DNA of 64,000 nt from Flaccisagitta enflata (taxonomy: Eukaryota). The translations under genes and the position numbers were made by a program. Location of the stretch: positions 28,148,001-28,212,000 of the forward strand of contig OZ231126.1 in NCBI GenBank assembly GCA_965153355.1, in the 5' to 3' direction. Below, piece after piece: positions 23,236-39,121 of this stretch; the stretch's first letter is position 1, and each line of letters begins with the position of its first letter. The notes below the pieces were generated by a model. It was not told where the DNA came from. It did no database searches and worked only from the letters and a program-made list of their open reading frames with translations.

Positions 23236-24022
23236 GACAATGTCATTTGTTTGATAATGTCGTTTGATAATGTTGTTTGACAATGTTGTTTGACAATGTT
23301 GTTTGACAATGTAGTTTGACAATGTCGTTTGACAATGTCGTTTGACAATGTCGTTTGACAATGTCGTTTGACAAAGTCGTTTGACAAAGTCGTTTGACAA
23401 AGTCGTTTGACAATGTCGTTTGACAATGTCGTTTGACAATGTCGTTTGACAATGTCGTTTGACAATGTCGTTTGACAATGTCGTTTGACAATGTCGTTTG
23501 ACAATGCCGTTTGACAATGTCGTTTGACAATGCCGTTTGACAATGTCGTTTGACAATGTGGTTTCCAGCAATGTCGTTTGACAATGTCGTTTGACAATGT
23601 CGTTTGACAATGTCGTTTGACAATGTCGTTTGACAATGTCGTTTGACAATGTCGTTTGACAATGTCGTTTGACAATGTCGTTTGACAATGTCGTTTGACA
23701 ATGTCGTTTGACAATGTCGTTTGACAATGTCGTTTGACAATGTCGTTTGACAATGTCGTTTGACAATGTCGTTTGACAATGTCGTTTGACAATGTCGTTT
23801 GACAATGCCGTTTGACAATGCCGTTTGACAACGCCGTTTGACAATGCCGTTTGACAATGCCGTTTGACAATGTCGTTACGACAATGTCGTTTGACAATGT
23901 CGTTTGACAATGTCGTTTGACAATGTCGTTTGACAATGCCGTTTGACAATGCCGTTTGACAATGTCGTTTGACAATGTCGTTTGACAATGTCGTTTGACA
24001 ATGTCGTTTGACAATGTCGTTT
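23236..24022. repeat. 13-bp tandem satellite (GACAATGTCGTTT)n; resumes at 28566-28984
   Basis: Directly visible; it produces the periodic KRHCQTTLSNDIV pseudo-ORFs. Confidence 0.95.
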
Positions 24023-26235
24023 CCGTCTGAGGAATAAGACATTCTAGCTCAAAGTTTGGAGGGGTCAAAAGGGCGAGTCCGGGGACCCCTATGAAGTTGG
24101 GTCTTGAAATGTGCGTAATACTTTGGGGAACATTAATCCAGGCTTGCTTGACCCAATATCAGGTGCGTGTTCGAATGTCTCAAAAAAAAGTGCCCAAAAT
24201 GGCCGTTTTTGGCGTTTTTTTGCCTAAAAACCATCTTAAACTTGGAGTAGAGCCATGAAATTTTACATGCACATGTATTAGACCCTAATTGAGCTGCATA
24301 TAAAAATTATGAGGCTGTGAAATTTTTAAGGTACCTAAAATTTGAAAAAACTGCTTTTACGATTTTCTAAACAAAAAAATTTCGTTACCCTAAAAGTTGA
24401 CCGATTTGGACAAAATTTTTACTGGAGGTATTTCACATTATGGACTACCTCCATGTAAAATTTCATCAAAATCGGAGCACTTGAAGTACCAAAATTGCCT
24501 TCGAAAATCCAAATTCTTGAAAAAAATACCCAAAAATCGTCTTTGGGCCTGAGACATTGCCATGATATGGCAGGCACCTATAAAACATGGGCTGAAATTC
24601 CTTTAGGGGACTCTTGGTGATGCCCAAAAAAAATTTGGTGCCCTGAGAGCCTTTTTTGGGTGTCAAATAACAATTTATTGAAGACAGTAAAACCAAAAAT
24701 CATGAAAATGGCCAATTTTAGGCCTCTTTTCAACCTGTAACCTAAAAAAAGTTGAAAAATGGCCCTGAAATTTCAAATGCACATGTATAAGACCCTACTG
24801 AAGCTTTTTGTAAACAAATAAGTTTTTGAAAATTTTTATACCTTAATTTTGAAAAGCGGCTATTCACAGATTTTCTAAACAAAAAAATTTCGTTACCCCT
24901 AAAAATTGACCGATTTGGACAAAATTTTTACTGGAGGTATTTCACATTATGGACTACCTCCATGTAAAATTTCATCAAAATGAACACGTAGTACCAAAAA
25001 TTGCCTTCGAAAATCCAAAATTCAAAAAATACCCAAAATCGTCTTTGGGCCTGAGACATTGCATGATATGGCAGGCACCTATAAACCATGGGCTGGAATT
25101 CTTTAGGGGACTCTTGGTGATGCCAAAAAAATTTGGTGGCCCTGAGAGCCTTTTTTGGGTGTCAAATAACAATTTAATGAAGACAGTAAAACCAAAATCG
25201 CGAAATTGCAATTTTAGGCCTCTTTTCAACCTGTAACCTAAAAAAAGTTGAAAAATGGCCCTGAAATTTCAAATGCACATGTATAAGACCCTACTGAAGC
25301 TTTTTGTAAATAAATAAAAGTTTTGAAAATTTTATGGTACTTAATTTTGAAAAAACGGCTATTTAGCGATTTTTAAAAAAAAAAAATTTTGTTACCCCCT
25401 AAAAGTTGACCGATTTTGACAAAATTTTTACTGGAGGTACTTCACATTATGGACTACCTCCATGTAAAATTTCATCAAAATCGGAGCACTTGAAGTACCC
25501 AATATTGCCTTCGAAAATCCAAAATTCTGGAAAAAAAAAACCAAAAATTGTCTTTGGGCCTGAGACATTGCCATGATATGGCAGGCACCTATAAACCATG
25601 GGCTGAAATTTCTTTAGGGGACTCTTGGTGATGCCCCAAAAAAATTTGGTGACCCTGAGAGCCTTTTTTGGGTGTCAAATGACAATTTATTGAAGACCGT
25701 AAAACAAAAAATTGCGAAAATAGCCAATTTTAGGCCTCTTTTCAACCTGTAACCTAAAAAAAAGTTGAAAAATGGCCCTGAAATTTCAAATGCTCATGTA
25801 TAAGACCCTACTGTTGCAATCCATTTGCCAAAGAAGCTCAAGAACAAGTGGAGGATACTGATTCTCAAGAAGAGATGGAACAGGAGGAGTTGAAGGAACT
25901 GAACAATGGAAGCAAAATTGAGGAAGCTGATGATGATGTGTACTTATCACAATAATCAGTCTGCTGTTTGTAATGGTCCGTTTGGCCGTCTGTCTGATGG
26001 GGCCTTTTCCTGCTCCACCTCCCCGTTGGTGGCCCTGGCTCTGGTCTTTGATATTGTAAAGATGTAGATCTACTTTGCTATATCACTGATTACCAAGAGA
26101 GCAGAAGATATCATGATATCATGATATAATGATAAGTAAGTTTCCGTTGGACAATCTGTCTAATGGAGCCTATTCTCATAATTACAATATCAAAGACCAG
26201 AGCCAGGGCTACCAATGGGGGGGTAGCTGGGAAAA

Positions 26236-26325
<90 letters not shown>

Positions 26326-28565
26326 GAGAGAAGGGTGAGTAATTGCACTTCACAATCATTATTTGACACCCAAAAAAGGCTTTCAGGGTCACCAAATTTT
26401 TTCGGAGCATCACCAAAAGTTCCCTAAAGGAATTTCAGCCCATGGTTCATAGGTGCCTGCCACATTTTGGCAATATCTCAGGCTCAAAGACAATTTTTTG
26501 GGTATTTTTGGGCGAATATTGGATTTTCGAAGGCAATTTTGGGTACTTAAAGTGCTCCGATTTTGATGAAATTTTACATGGAGGTAATTCATGATATGAA
26601 GTATCCCCAGTAAAAATTTTGTCAAAATCGGTCAACTTTTAGGGGGGTAACGGCTTTTTTTTTCTTTTTAAAAATCGCGAAATAGCCGTTTTTTCAAAAT
26701 TAAGGTACCATAAAATTTTCAAAAACTTTAATTTGTTTACAAAAAACCTTCAGTAGGATCTTACACATGTGCATTTGAAATTTCAGGGCCATTTTTCAAC
26801 TTTTTTGAAGTTACAGGTTGAAAAGAGGCCTAAAATTGACCATTTTCGCGATTTTTGGTTTTACAGTCTTCAATAAATTGTTATTTGACACCCAAAAAAG
26901 GCTCTCAGGGTCACCAAATTTTTTTTGGGCATCACCAAGAGTCCCCTAAAGGAATTTCAGCCCATGGTTCATAGGTGCCTGCCATATCATGGCAATGTCT
27001 CAGGCCCAAAGACGATTTTTGGGTTTTTTTTTTCCAGAATTTTGGATTTTCGGAGGCAATATTGGGTACTTTAAGTGCTCCGATTTTGATGAAATTTTAC
27101 ATGGAGGTAGTCCATAATGTGAAATACCTCCAGTAAAAATTTGTCCAAATCAGTCAACTTTTTGGGGGTAACAACTTTTTTTTTTTTAAAAATAGTGAAA
27201 AAGCAGATTTTTCAAATTTAAGGTACCATAAAATTTTCAAAAACTTTTATTTGTTTACAAAAAAGCTTCAGTAGGGTCTTATACATGTGCATTTGAAATT
27301 TCAGGGCCATTTTTCAACTTTTTTTTAGGTTACAGGTTGAAAAGAGGCCTAAAATTGGCCATTTTCGCGATTTTTGGTTTTACGGTCTTCAATAAATTGT
27401 TATTTGACACCCAAAAAAGGCTCTCAGGGTCACCAAATTTTTTTGGGGCATCACCAAGAGTCCCCTAAAGGAATTTCAGCCCATGGTTCAGAGGTGCCTG
27501 CCATATCATGGCAATGTCTCAGGCCCAAAGACGATTTTTGGGTTTTTTTTCCCAGAATTTTGGATTTTCGAAGGCAATATTGGGTACTTCAAGTGCTCCG
27601 ATTTTGATGAAATTTTACATGGAGGTAGTCAATAATGTGAAATACCTCCAGTAAAAATTTTGTCAAAATCGGTCAACTTTTAGGGGGGTAACAAAATTTT
27701 TTTTTGTTTAAAAAATCGCGAAATAGCCGTTTTTTCAAAATTAAGGTACCATAAAATTTTCAAAAACTTTAATTTGTTTACAAAAAAGCTTCAGTAGGGT
27801 CTTATACATGTGCATTTGAAATTTCAGGGCCATTTTTCAACTTTTTTTTAGGTTACAGGTTGAAAAGAGGCCTAAAATTGGCCATTTTCGCGATTTTTGG
27901 TTTTACGGTCTTCATTAAATTGTTATTTGACACCCAAAAAATGCTCTCAGGGCCACCAAATTTTTGGGCACCAAGAGTCCCCTAAAGGAATTTCAGCCCA
28001 TGGTTCATAGGTGCCTGCCATATCATGGCAATGTCTCAGGCCCAAAGACGATTTTTGGGTATTTTTTTCCAGAATTTTGGATTTTCGAAGGCAATTTTTG
28101 GTACTTCAAGTGCTCCGATTTTTATGAAATTTTACATGGAGGTAGTCCATAATGTGAAATACCTCCAGTAAAAATTTTGTCTAAATCGGTCAACTTTTAG
28201 GGGGGTAACGAAATTTTTTTTTATTTAGAAAATCGCGAAAAAGCAGTTTTTTCAAATTTTAGGTACCTTAAAATTTTCACAGCCTCATAATTTTTTACAT
28301 ACAGCTCAATTAGGGTCTAATACATATGCATGTAAAATTTCATGGCTCTACTCCAAGTTTAAGATGGTTTTTAGGCAAAAAAACGCCAAAAACGGCCATT
28401 TTGGGCACTTTTTTTTGAGACATTCGAACACGCACCTGATATTGGGTCAAGCAAGCCTGGATTAGTGTTCCCCAAGGTATTACGCACATTTCAAGACCCA
28501 ACTTCATAGGGGTCCCCGGATTCGCCCTTTTTATGAAGCTCTACAGAGACTTATTCCTCAGACGG
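24023..28565. mobile_element. 4.5-kb foldback TIR element with arms built from ~0.5-kb tandem units
   Basis: Ends are CCGTCTGAGGAATAAG...CTTATTCCTCAGACGG with a GTTT duplicated on both sides within the satellite. There are about 3 units on the left (to ~25813) and about 3.5 inverted units on the right (from ~26358), around a unique centre. Confidence 0.85.
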
Positions 28566-29322
28566 GTTTGACAATGTCGTTTGGCAATGTCGTTTGACAA
28601 TGTCGTTTGACAACGTCGTTTGACAACGTCGTTTGACAACGCCGTTTGACAACGTCGTTTGACAACGCCGTTTGACAACGCCGTTTGACAACGCCGTTTG
28701 ACAACGCCGTTTGACAACGCCGTTTGACAACGCCGTTGTGTCATTTTACAACGCCGTATTACAACGCTGTATTACAACGCCGTATTACAACGCCGTCAAC
28801 GCCGTGTTACAACGCCGTGTTACAACGCTGTGTTACAACGCCGTGTTACAACGCCGTGTTACAACGCCGTGTTACAACGCCGTGTTACAACGCCGTGTTA
28901 CAACGCCGTGTTACAACGCCGTATGACAACTCCGTTTGACAATGCCGTCTGACAACGCCGTTTGACAACGCCGTTTGACAACGCTGATTGTCCCCAGTCG
29001 CGGACCCATACTCTTTCAAGATTTTTTTGCTGTTGTGGAGATGTGCGAGACATTTTGTCATCAAGAATGTCAAAAAGAATGTCATATGTGATGGCTGAAA
29101 GACAGCAACATCCAATAATTTTGTATCTCATCATATTGTATTCCCTTCGTTTCTTTCTTTCATTCGTAGTTTGCCCATAGCATCTTCAAAAGGAGGATCT
29201 AAGGATGTAAGGGGAGCATTTGTTGCTTATAAATGTGTCATCCATCATCAAAACTTGTCTTGACAAAGCATTGGGACCAAAACAAAAACAAAAACAAAAA
29301 ACAGAAAACATAACTCAAAAAG

Positions 29323-32243
<2,921 letters not shown>

Positions 32244-34817
32244 CAGTGATTGCGAGCACTTCCTCTGTGACAAATTGGAGTTATAAGAGTCCCTTAAAAA
32301 ATGATGGAACAACTATGAGAACTTTGTTCTCGACTTGTACAGTCAACGGACAAAATGTAATAGGTATATATATCATACTGTTGACTTTGATCCAACTTAC
32401 TGTTTACAAACAAAATATTATTTGCAACAATCAGTTATTGTGAATAAGATTTTTTTGTCCCCGACGAACAGTTTTCGTCGGTGACTATGTGATGGACCTG
32501 ATCGTGTAGTCTGTCGTTGTTGGCGTTTAAAACCTTCTCATATCTTTTGAACCAGACCTCAGAAGTTCATGAAACTTTACCAGTGGTATTTTTATGTCAA
32601 TGGGAGCTTGTGTACCAATTTTCAGAAAAATTCATTAACTTTTACTACCCTTTGCCTATTATTTTTGTAGTAATATTTTACTGGACTTAGCCAATTTACA
32701 TAGGTAGAGGGTAGTAAACCTATGTGAATTTTTTTCTAATTTGGTATACAAGTAAAGGGTATAAAACAAACAACCCCTGTAAAATTTGAATTAAATCTGA
32801 GGTCTGGTTCATGAGATATTAGCTTATTTATGTAGTAATATGTTACTAGGACTTAAGCAATTTACATAGGCAAAGGGTAGTAAAGGCATGTGAATTTTTT
32901 AAAATTTGGTATACTAGCAAAGGATGTCAATTGAACAGCCCCTGCAAAATGGGAATTAAATCTGAGGTCTGGTGTATGAGATATTAGCTTATTTATGTAT
33001 GTAGTAATATGTTACTAGGACTTAGACAATTTATAAAATGGATTCGAGTTGATGAAAATTTTTACTTGTTCATTCATTACATTCTATTTTTCTTTGGGTT
33101 TGCCATCATGGATCATAAGGTATGCCATCATGGACTTCAAGGTATGCCATCATGGACTTCAAGGTATGCCAACATGGACATCAAGGTATGCCACCATGGA
33201 CTTCAAGGTATACCACCATGGACTTCAAGGTATACTATTATGGACTTTAAGGTATACCACCATGGACTTCAAGGTATGCCATCATGGACTTCAATGTATG
33301 CCACCATGGACTTCAAGGTATGCCACCATGGACTTATAGGTATGCCACCATGGACTTCTAGGTATGCCACCATGGACTTCTAGGTATGCCACCATGGACT
33401 TCTAGGTATGCCACCATGGACTTCTAGGTATGCCATCATGGACTTCAAGGTATGCCATCATGGACTTCAAGGTATGCCATCATGGACTTCAAGGTATGCC
33501 ATTATGGACTTCAAGGTATGCAACTATGGACTTCAAGGTATGCCACTATGTATTTCAACTATGGACTTCAAGGTATGCCATCATGGACTTCAAGGTATTT
33601 GAAATTTTTTTTTTTGAAAATTTTTTTTGAAAAATATTTGAAAATTTTTTGAAAAATTTTTTTTGAATATTTTTTTTTTAAATTTATTTTTGAAAATTTT
33701 TTTTGAAAATTTTTTTGAATTTTTTTTTGAAAATTGTTTAAAAAAATTTTTTTGAAATTTTTTTTTAAGATTTCTTTTTTGAAAATTTGTTTCTTAAATT
33801 TTTGTTGTCATTATCATTCATTGTTGACATCACCATCATCAACTATTGTTATCATTATCAAGTTTTGTCATCATTAAAACAATACTGAATATTTTTTTTT
33901 TCTTGAAATTACGGTCTTGTGTATCTCATCGAGTTGCGTTTACGCAACGAGAAAGCTTCAAAAATTATAGTCCCCAGTCGGGGACTGTAATTTTGAAGCT
34001 TTTTGTCCCCGACGAACAGTTTTCGTCGGTGACTATGAGGTAGCAGTGATACGTAGTCTGTTTGTTCCTCTGTGTCAAACCCTCTCATACTTCTGATGTA
34101 GGCCTCAGAAGTTTATGAAACTTTACCAGTGTTATTTTTATGTCAATGGGAGCTTGTGTACCAATTTTCAGAAAAATTCATAAACTTTTACTACCCTTTG
34201 CCTATTATTTTTGTAGTAATATTTTACTGGACTTAGGCAATTTACATAGGTAGAGGGTAGTAAAAGTTTATGAATTTTTTTTTAATTTGGTATACAAGTA
34301 AAGGGTACTAAATAAACAACCCCTGCAAAATTCGAATTAAATCTGAGGTCTGGTGTAGGAGATATTAGCTTATCTATTTATGTAGTAATATGTTACTAGG
34401 ACTTAGGCAATTTACATAGGTAGAGGGTAGTAAAACTGTGTGAATTTTTTTTTAATTTTGTATACAAGTAAAGGGTACTAAATAAACAAGTCCTGCAAAA
34501 TTAGAATTAAATCTGAGGTCTGGTGTATGAGATATTAGCTTATTTATGTAGTAATATGTTACTAGGACTTAGGCAATTTACATAGGTAAAGGGTAGTAAA
34601 ACCATGTGAATTTTTTTTAAATTTGGTACACAATTAAAGGGTACTAAATAAACCAGCCCTGCAAAATTCGAATTAAATCTGAGGTCTGGTGTATGAGATA
34701 TTAGCTTATTTGTATACACAGTAATATGTTACTAGGACTTAAGCGATTTATACAGAGGATTTGAGGTGATGAAACTTTTTACCTGCTCATTCATTACATT
34801 CTGATTTTCTTTAGGTT

Positions 34818-35508
34818 TGCCATCATGGACTTGAAGGTATGCCATCATGGACTTGAAGGTATGCCATCATGGACTTGAAGGTATGCTATCATGGACTTGA
34901 AGGTATGCTATCATGGACTTGAAGGTATGCCATCATGGACTTGAAGGTATGCCATCATGGACTTCAGGGTATGCCATCATGTACTTCAAGGTATGCCATC
35001 ATGGACTTCAAGGTATGCCATCATGGACTTCTAGGTATGCCATCATGGACTTCAAGGTATGCCATCATGGACTTCAAAGTATGCCATCATGGACTTCAAG
35101 GTATGCCATCATGGACTTCAAGGTATGCCATCATGGACTTCAAGGTATGCCATCATGGACTTCAAGGTATGCCATCATGGACTTCAAGGTATGCCATCAT
35201 GGACTTCAAGGTATGCCATCATGGACTTCAAGGTATGCCATCATGGACTTCAAGGTATGCCATCATGGACTTCAAGGTATGCCATCATGGACTTCAAGGT
35301 ATGCCATCATGGACTTCAAGGTATGCCATCATGGACTTCAAGGTATGCCATCATGGACTTCAAGGTATGCCATCATGGACTTTAAGGTATGCCATCATGG
35401 ACTTCAAGGTATGCCATCATGGACTTCAAGGTATGCCATCATGGACTTCAAGGTATGCCATCATGGACTTCAAGTTATGCCATCATGGACTTCAAGGTAT
35501 GCCATCAT
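34818..35508. repeat. 22-bp satellite (GCCATCATGGACTTCAAGGTAT)n; also 33100-33597 and 36119-36285
   Basis: Directly visible; it is the source of the MDFKVCHHGLQG pseudo-ORFs. Confidence 0.95.
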
Positions 35509-36118
35509 TAGACCTCCCAGAAAAACTCATTTTACTGAAAAATACTCATCCCTGCAGCTTTTCTCAAAGAAAATACACCAAAGAATAAGAATTCAGCAGA
35601 AAAAAATTTTTTTGAAATTTTTCTATGGCGGAAGTGTTAGGTCAAAGGTGATATAAGGTCAAAATTTCAAAATGAGAATTTTGCAAATCTGATTGCAGAT
35701 TCATGATCCTTGCAAAAAATTGTCAAAAGAAAGTGCTCTTCTTTTTTTGATATTCCTTTGGGAAGATTGTCAAAATTGAGGTCAAAGATCTAAATAAGGC
35801 CAATTCTAAACAAAAGAGCAATTTTGACCCGATCTAGATCTTTGACCTTTATTTTGACTATGTTCCTGAAGGAATATCAATAAAAGAAGAGCACTTTCTT
35901 TTGACAGTTTTTTGCAAGGATTATGAATCTGCAATCAGATTTATAAAATTCTCTTTTTGAAATTTTGACCTTATATCACCTTTGGCCTAATACTTCTGCC
36001 ATGAAAAAATTTCAAAAAAATTTTTTGCTGCTGAATTCTTATTCAATCGTGTATAATCTTCAAAAAAAGCCGCAGGGATTAGTACTTTTTGACAACATGA
36101 GTTATTCTGGGCGACCTA
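35509..36118. mobile_element. 610-bp palindromic hAT-like MITE inserted in the 22-bp satellite
   Basis: TAGACCTCCCAGAAAAACTCAT and ATGAGTTATTCTGGGCGACCTA form imperfect TIRs, with an 8-bp TSD GCCATCAT. The two halves are inverted about ~35815. Confidence 0.75.
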
Positions 36119-37204
36119 GCCATCATGGACTTCAAGGTATGCCATCATGGACTTCAAGGTATGCCATCATGGACTTCAAGGTATGCCATCATGGACTTCA
36201 AGGTATGCCATCATGGACTTCAAGGTATGCCATCATGGACTTCAAGGTATGCCATCATGGACTTCGAGGTGTGCCATCATGGACTTGCCTTAATTTTTTT
36301 TTTTTTTTTTTTTTGAATTTTTTCTTTTGGTTTTCTTTTTTTGAAACTTTTTTTTTTTCAATTTTTTTTTTTGAAATTTTTTTTTTTGGAAATTTTTTTT
36401 TGAATTTTTTTTTTTCAAATTTTTTTTCTAATTTTTTTTCAAATTTTTTTTGTTTTGTTGTGTATCTTCTCGAGTCGCGTTTACGCGACGAGAAAGCTTC
36501 AAAAATTACAGTCCCCAGTCGGGGACTGTAATTTTGAAGCTTTTTTATCCTCAGTAAGCTAGATCAAAACTAATGGTGTGATATATACACCTATCATTTT
36601 TTGTCCACTGACTGTGTAACAGCTAATTGATCGCAAGGCACGAGTCCTTGCGGTCGCCTTTTGTTTGTTTACTCGACCTCAGAGATTCGTTTTACTTACT
36701 TCTGGCTTCCTGATTCCTGCAACCAAATTGACAAAACAGTGTTTGCGTTGATAGAAAATTGTATTGACAAACGATCATGAAATGTTTTTGTTTTTAACCA
36801 TTGATCAGTGAATTTGGACTCCATTCATTTCGTCCGTTACCTGACACTAGAGATTGTACATCTACTTGAATTATCGTGCCTCCTTCAAGACCATCTGACG
36901 CGGCGCAACGTTGCAATACGCAAAATACTCAATATTTAGGTAAGTACTCAACCAAACTCCCAAATTACTTTTGCTTTTCTTGTTTCGTTGGAAACGAAGT
37001 TCGTTGGTTTTCAATAAATGAATTCACCTCTTTGAATGTCGGTGTGTTGTGGTAAGCCAAAGGTTTGTTTACGCTGCACGGAAGTGTTTTTTTCCATCTG
37101 CGGCTGTCTTTGACAAGGTTTTTTTGCTTGTCAATAGCGTTACAATGTGACTTACAACAGTTCAGCTCTAGCAAAACCTGCAAACAGGACATCGCGCGAT
37201 AAAG

Positions 37205-38371
37205 ATGACAGATTCGTCTTCGACTCCGGTATTTATTAACAACGCCTCCAGCGACAAGGTCGCAGATCCTCCACCCGAATTCGATGTCGTGAAAGACGCC
37301 ACCACAGTCAGCGTCGACTTGCCCTTATGGCAAACGCTGCCGTTCTCACCCGAACCCGGCTTAGAAATAGAGACACCGTTTTCCTCCTCCACTCCCTCAC
37401 CTTTGATGACGAACGAGCAAGAAAAGGAAATGGCCGCGCGATTGAATTTGCCATCCCCTGAGAATGCCACGATCGATTCGTACACGACCACCAAAGACGT
37501 GGACTCGGTGACGAATTTACTGAAAGACCTCGGCGACGACACCGACACCACGTTTGACTCTTATCGAACCACCGTTGACGCCGATTCCGTCACCAACTTG
37601 ATCCATATTCTCGATGACGTTGGTGACGTATATGCCTCCGGCGACGACGCCAAGAGAGGCGCCACGTCCGTTACAAATCTGCTGAATGACCTGGACGACG
37701 TCAACGACGCGGCGTTGCTGAGTCAAGGATCGTCGACGTTGTCGAAGATGATCAAAGCCATGCGCATCGCGGTTTCGACAGATTCCGAACGAGTAGCTGA
37801 AACTGTCATTTCCGATAACCGGCCCGACGAGAGTCCCGGTTTGTTCTGGCGGAATTTTAAAGATCACGTGGTGGATCGCAGAGATCGGCCCTTGCCATAT
37901 TTACCGGATGCTTCCCTCAAATGCCCGTCGCCGTTGAAAGGTAGCCTCATAGTTCGAGGATCGGAACAAGTTTTGCGGCACGGAAGTCCCTCTGCCGCGA
38001 CGAGGTCCAAATCTGATGTGGATGACGCCGTCTCGCCCGTCATATCTGAGCGTAGTATCTTAACCAGTTTAAAGCGGTTGTTTTCAAAGGAAGATGTAGC
38101 AGCATCTGGGGGCGGGTTGAATTTGAATCTGCCAAAAAACCAGGAGGGCATAAAGGGATCCATAGACTCAGATATTATCGACTCACAAGCTGGAGTGAAA
38201 ACCGGCGCCGATGACAGAGTTAAAAAAACAGATGGTGTTCCAGAAAAACCAGATAGTGAAAAAGATGCTGACTTCAAGGATCTTCATGCAGATGCCGCAG
38301 AATCGTCGAATCAAAACAGTTCGGTAATACAGGAGGTGGGTTTTTTCCCTTGTTCAAGTTGTCAGTTTTGA
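37205..38371 (+). CDS. Hypothetical acidic/Ser-rich protein (388-aa ORF)
   Basis: Long non-microsatellite ORF with composition like neighbouring exons. A candidate upstream intron runs from a donor at 36941 (GTAAGT) to an acceptor near 37170, and there is a possible donor at 38336. No recognisable domain. Confidence 0.5.
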   Translation: MTDSSSTPVFINNASSDKVADPPPEFDVVKDATTVSVDLPLWQTLPFSPEPGLEIETPFSSSTPSPLMTNEQEKEMAARLNLPSPENATIDSYTTTKDVDSVTNLLKDLGDDTDTTFDSYRTTVDADSVTNLIHILDDVGDVYASGDDAKRGATSVTNLLNDLDDVNDAALLSQGSSTLSKMIKAMRIAVSTDSERVAETVISDNRPDESPGLFWRNFKDHVVDRRDRPLPYLPDASLKCPSPLKGSLIVRGSEQVLRHGSPSAATRSKSDVDDAVSPVISERSILTSLKRLFSKEDVAASGGGLNLNLPKNQEGIKGSIDSDIIDSQAGVKTGADDRVKKTDGVPEKPDSEKDADFKDLHADAAESSNQNSSVIQEVGFFPCSSCQF

Positions 38372-39121
38372 TATTTTTCCATCTTCAGGATATCTTTGCA
38401 ATCTCTTTAGTCCGCACAATGCACCAAATACAATAAGTGACGACTATTTGTTTCAGAAATAAATGCGTGCATCAATGATAACGTTTAAATCTTTATGTTT
38501 GGCAAAAGAACACTTTTTTGTCACTTTAGAATCGATCTTGCATTTAAAGATTTTACAATTTTGTGTCAGACGGTATTTACAATAAACAAGGCCGGATACA
38601 CGGCTACTCCAGTCGCATGCGGGTGGGCAGGACCAGTGCTGGAGAAGGTCACTAGAGCATTTGGGCAGGAGCAGTAGAGTCAAAAAGCTCAAAAAAGCCG
38701 AAAAAGTAAAAAGGGGACCGACCGACCGAACGACCTACCGGCGGACCGACCAACCAACTGACCGACGAAGCGGGTTGTAGAGTTGCGTAGCACGCGACTG
38801 AAAAATGGATGATGATTAGTGAATAAACGAATGTACAGGAAGGTGGTATTGATAAAAGGAATGATGAATGTTTACGGATCTGACAGTTTTTTGTAGTTTT
38901 GGAGAATGCATGATTTCAAATTCATGCAGCTAGTGAAGTATGGCAACACTGCCTGGTGACCTAGCATCAATAAGCCAAACATCCACCCGTGCAAAACACA
39001 TCCATCAAATCACATGAATGATACTACAAGTACAAATATATCACCACTGTGTCCACAATTCATTTTTCCCCAAAGCGCAAAAACTTTGAAGAGCTCCATT
39101 GATGTCCCATAACAACAGATA

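Larger units (their letters stand above)
22123..29028 (+). mobile_element. Helentron/DINE-like non-autonomous element expanded by a satellite and a nested transposon
   Basis: The 5' end is TTTTTGTCCGCGACGGAATACCATTCCGACGCGGAC, followed by a GTC/GTT microsatellite and 162-bp tandem repeats (22340-23236). The 3' end is GTCGCGGACCCATACTCTTTCAAGATTTTTTT. The same ends bound a shorter copy at 53457-54523. Confidence 0.65.
32450..36546 (+). mobile_element. Two head-to-tail Helitron/Helentron-like non-autonomous elements (~32450-34001 and ~34002-36546)
   Basis: Each copy starts TTTTGTCCCCGACGAACAGTTTTCGTCGGTGACTATG and ends with the hairpin AAGCTTCAAAAATTA(C/T)AGTCCCCAGTCGGGGACTGTAATTTTGAAGCTT. Each contains ~166-170-bp repeats, a 22-bp satellite and a T-rich tract. 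Confidence 0.7.

Noticed and set aside
23187-24068. CRISPR array or repetitive protein (KRHCQTTLSNDIV ORFs)
   Set aside because: Contiguous 13-bp tandem repeat without spacers, open in several frames; no cas genes.
33009-36531. MDFKVCHHGLQG repeat ORFs or CRISPR-like array
   Set aside because: 22-bp tandem satellite with no spacers; the ORFs occur in all three frames as an artefact of the repeat.
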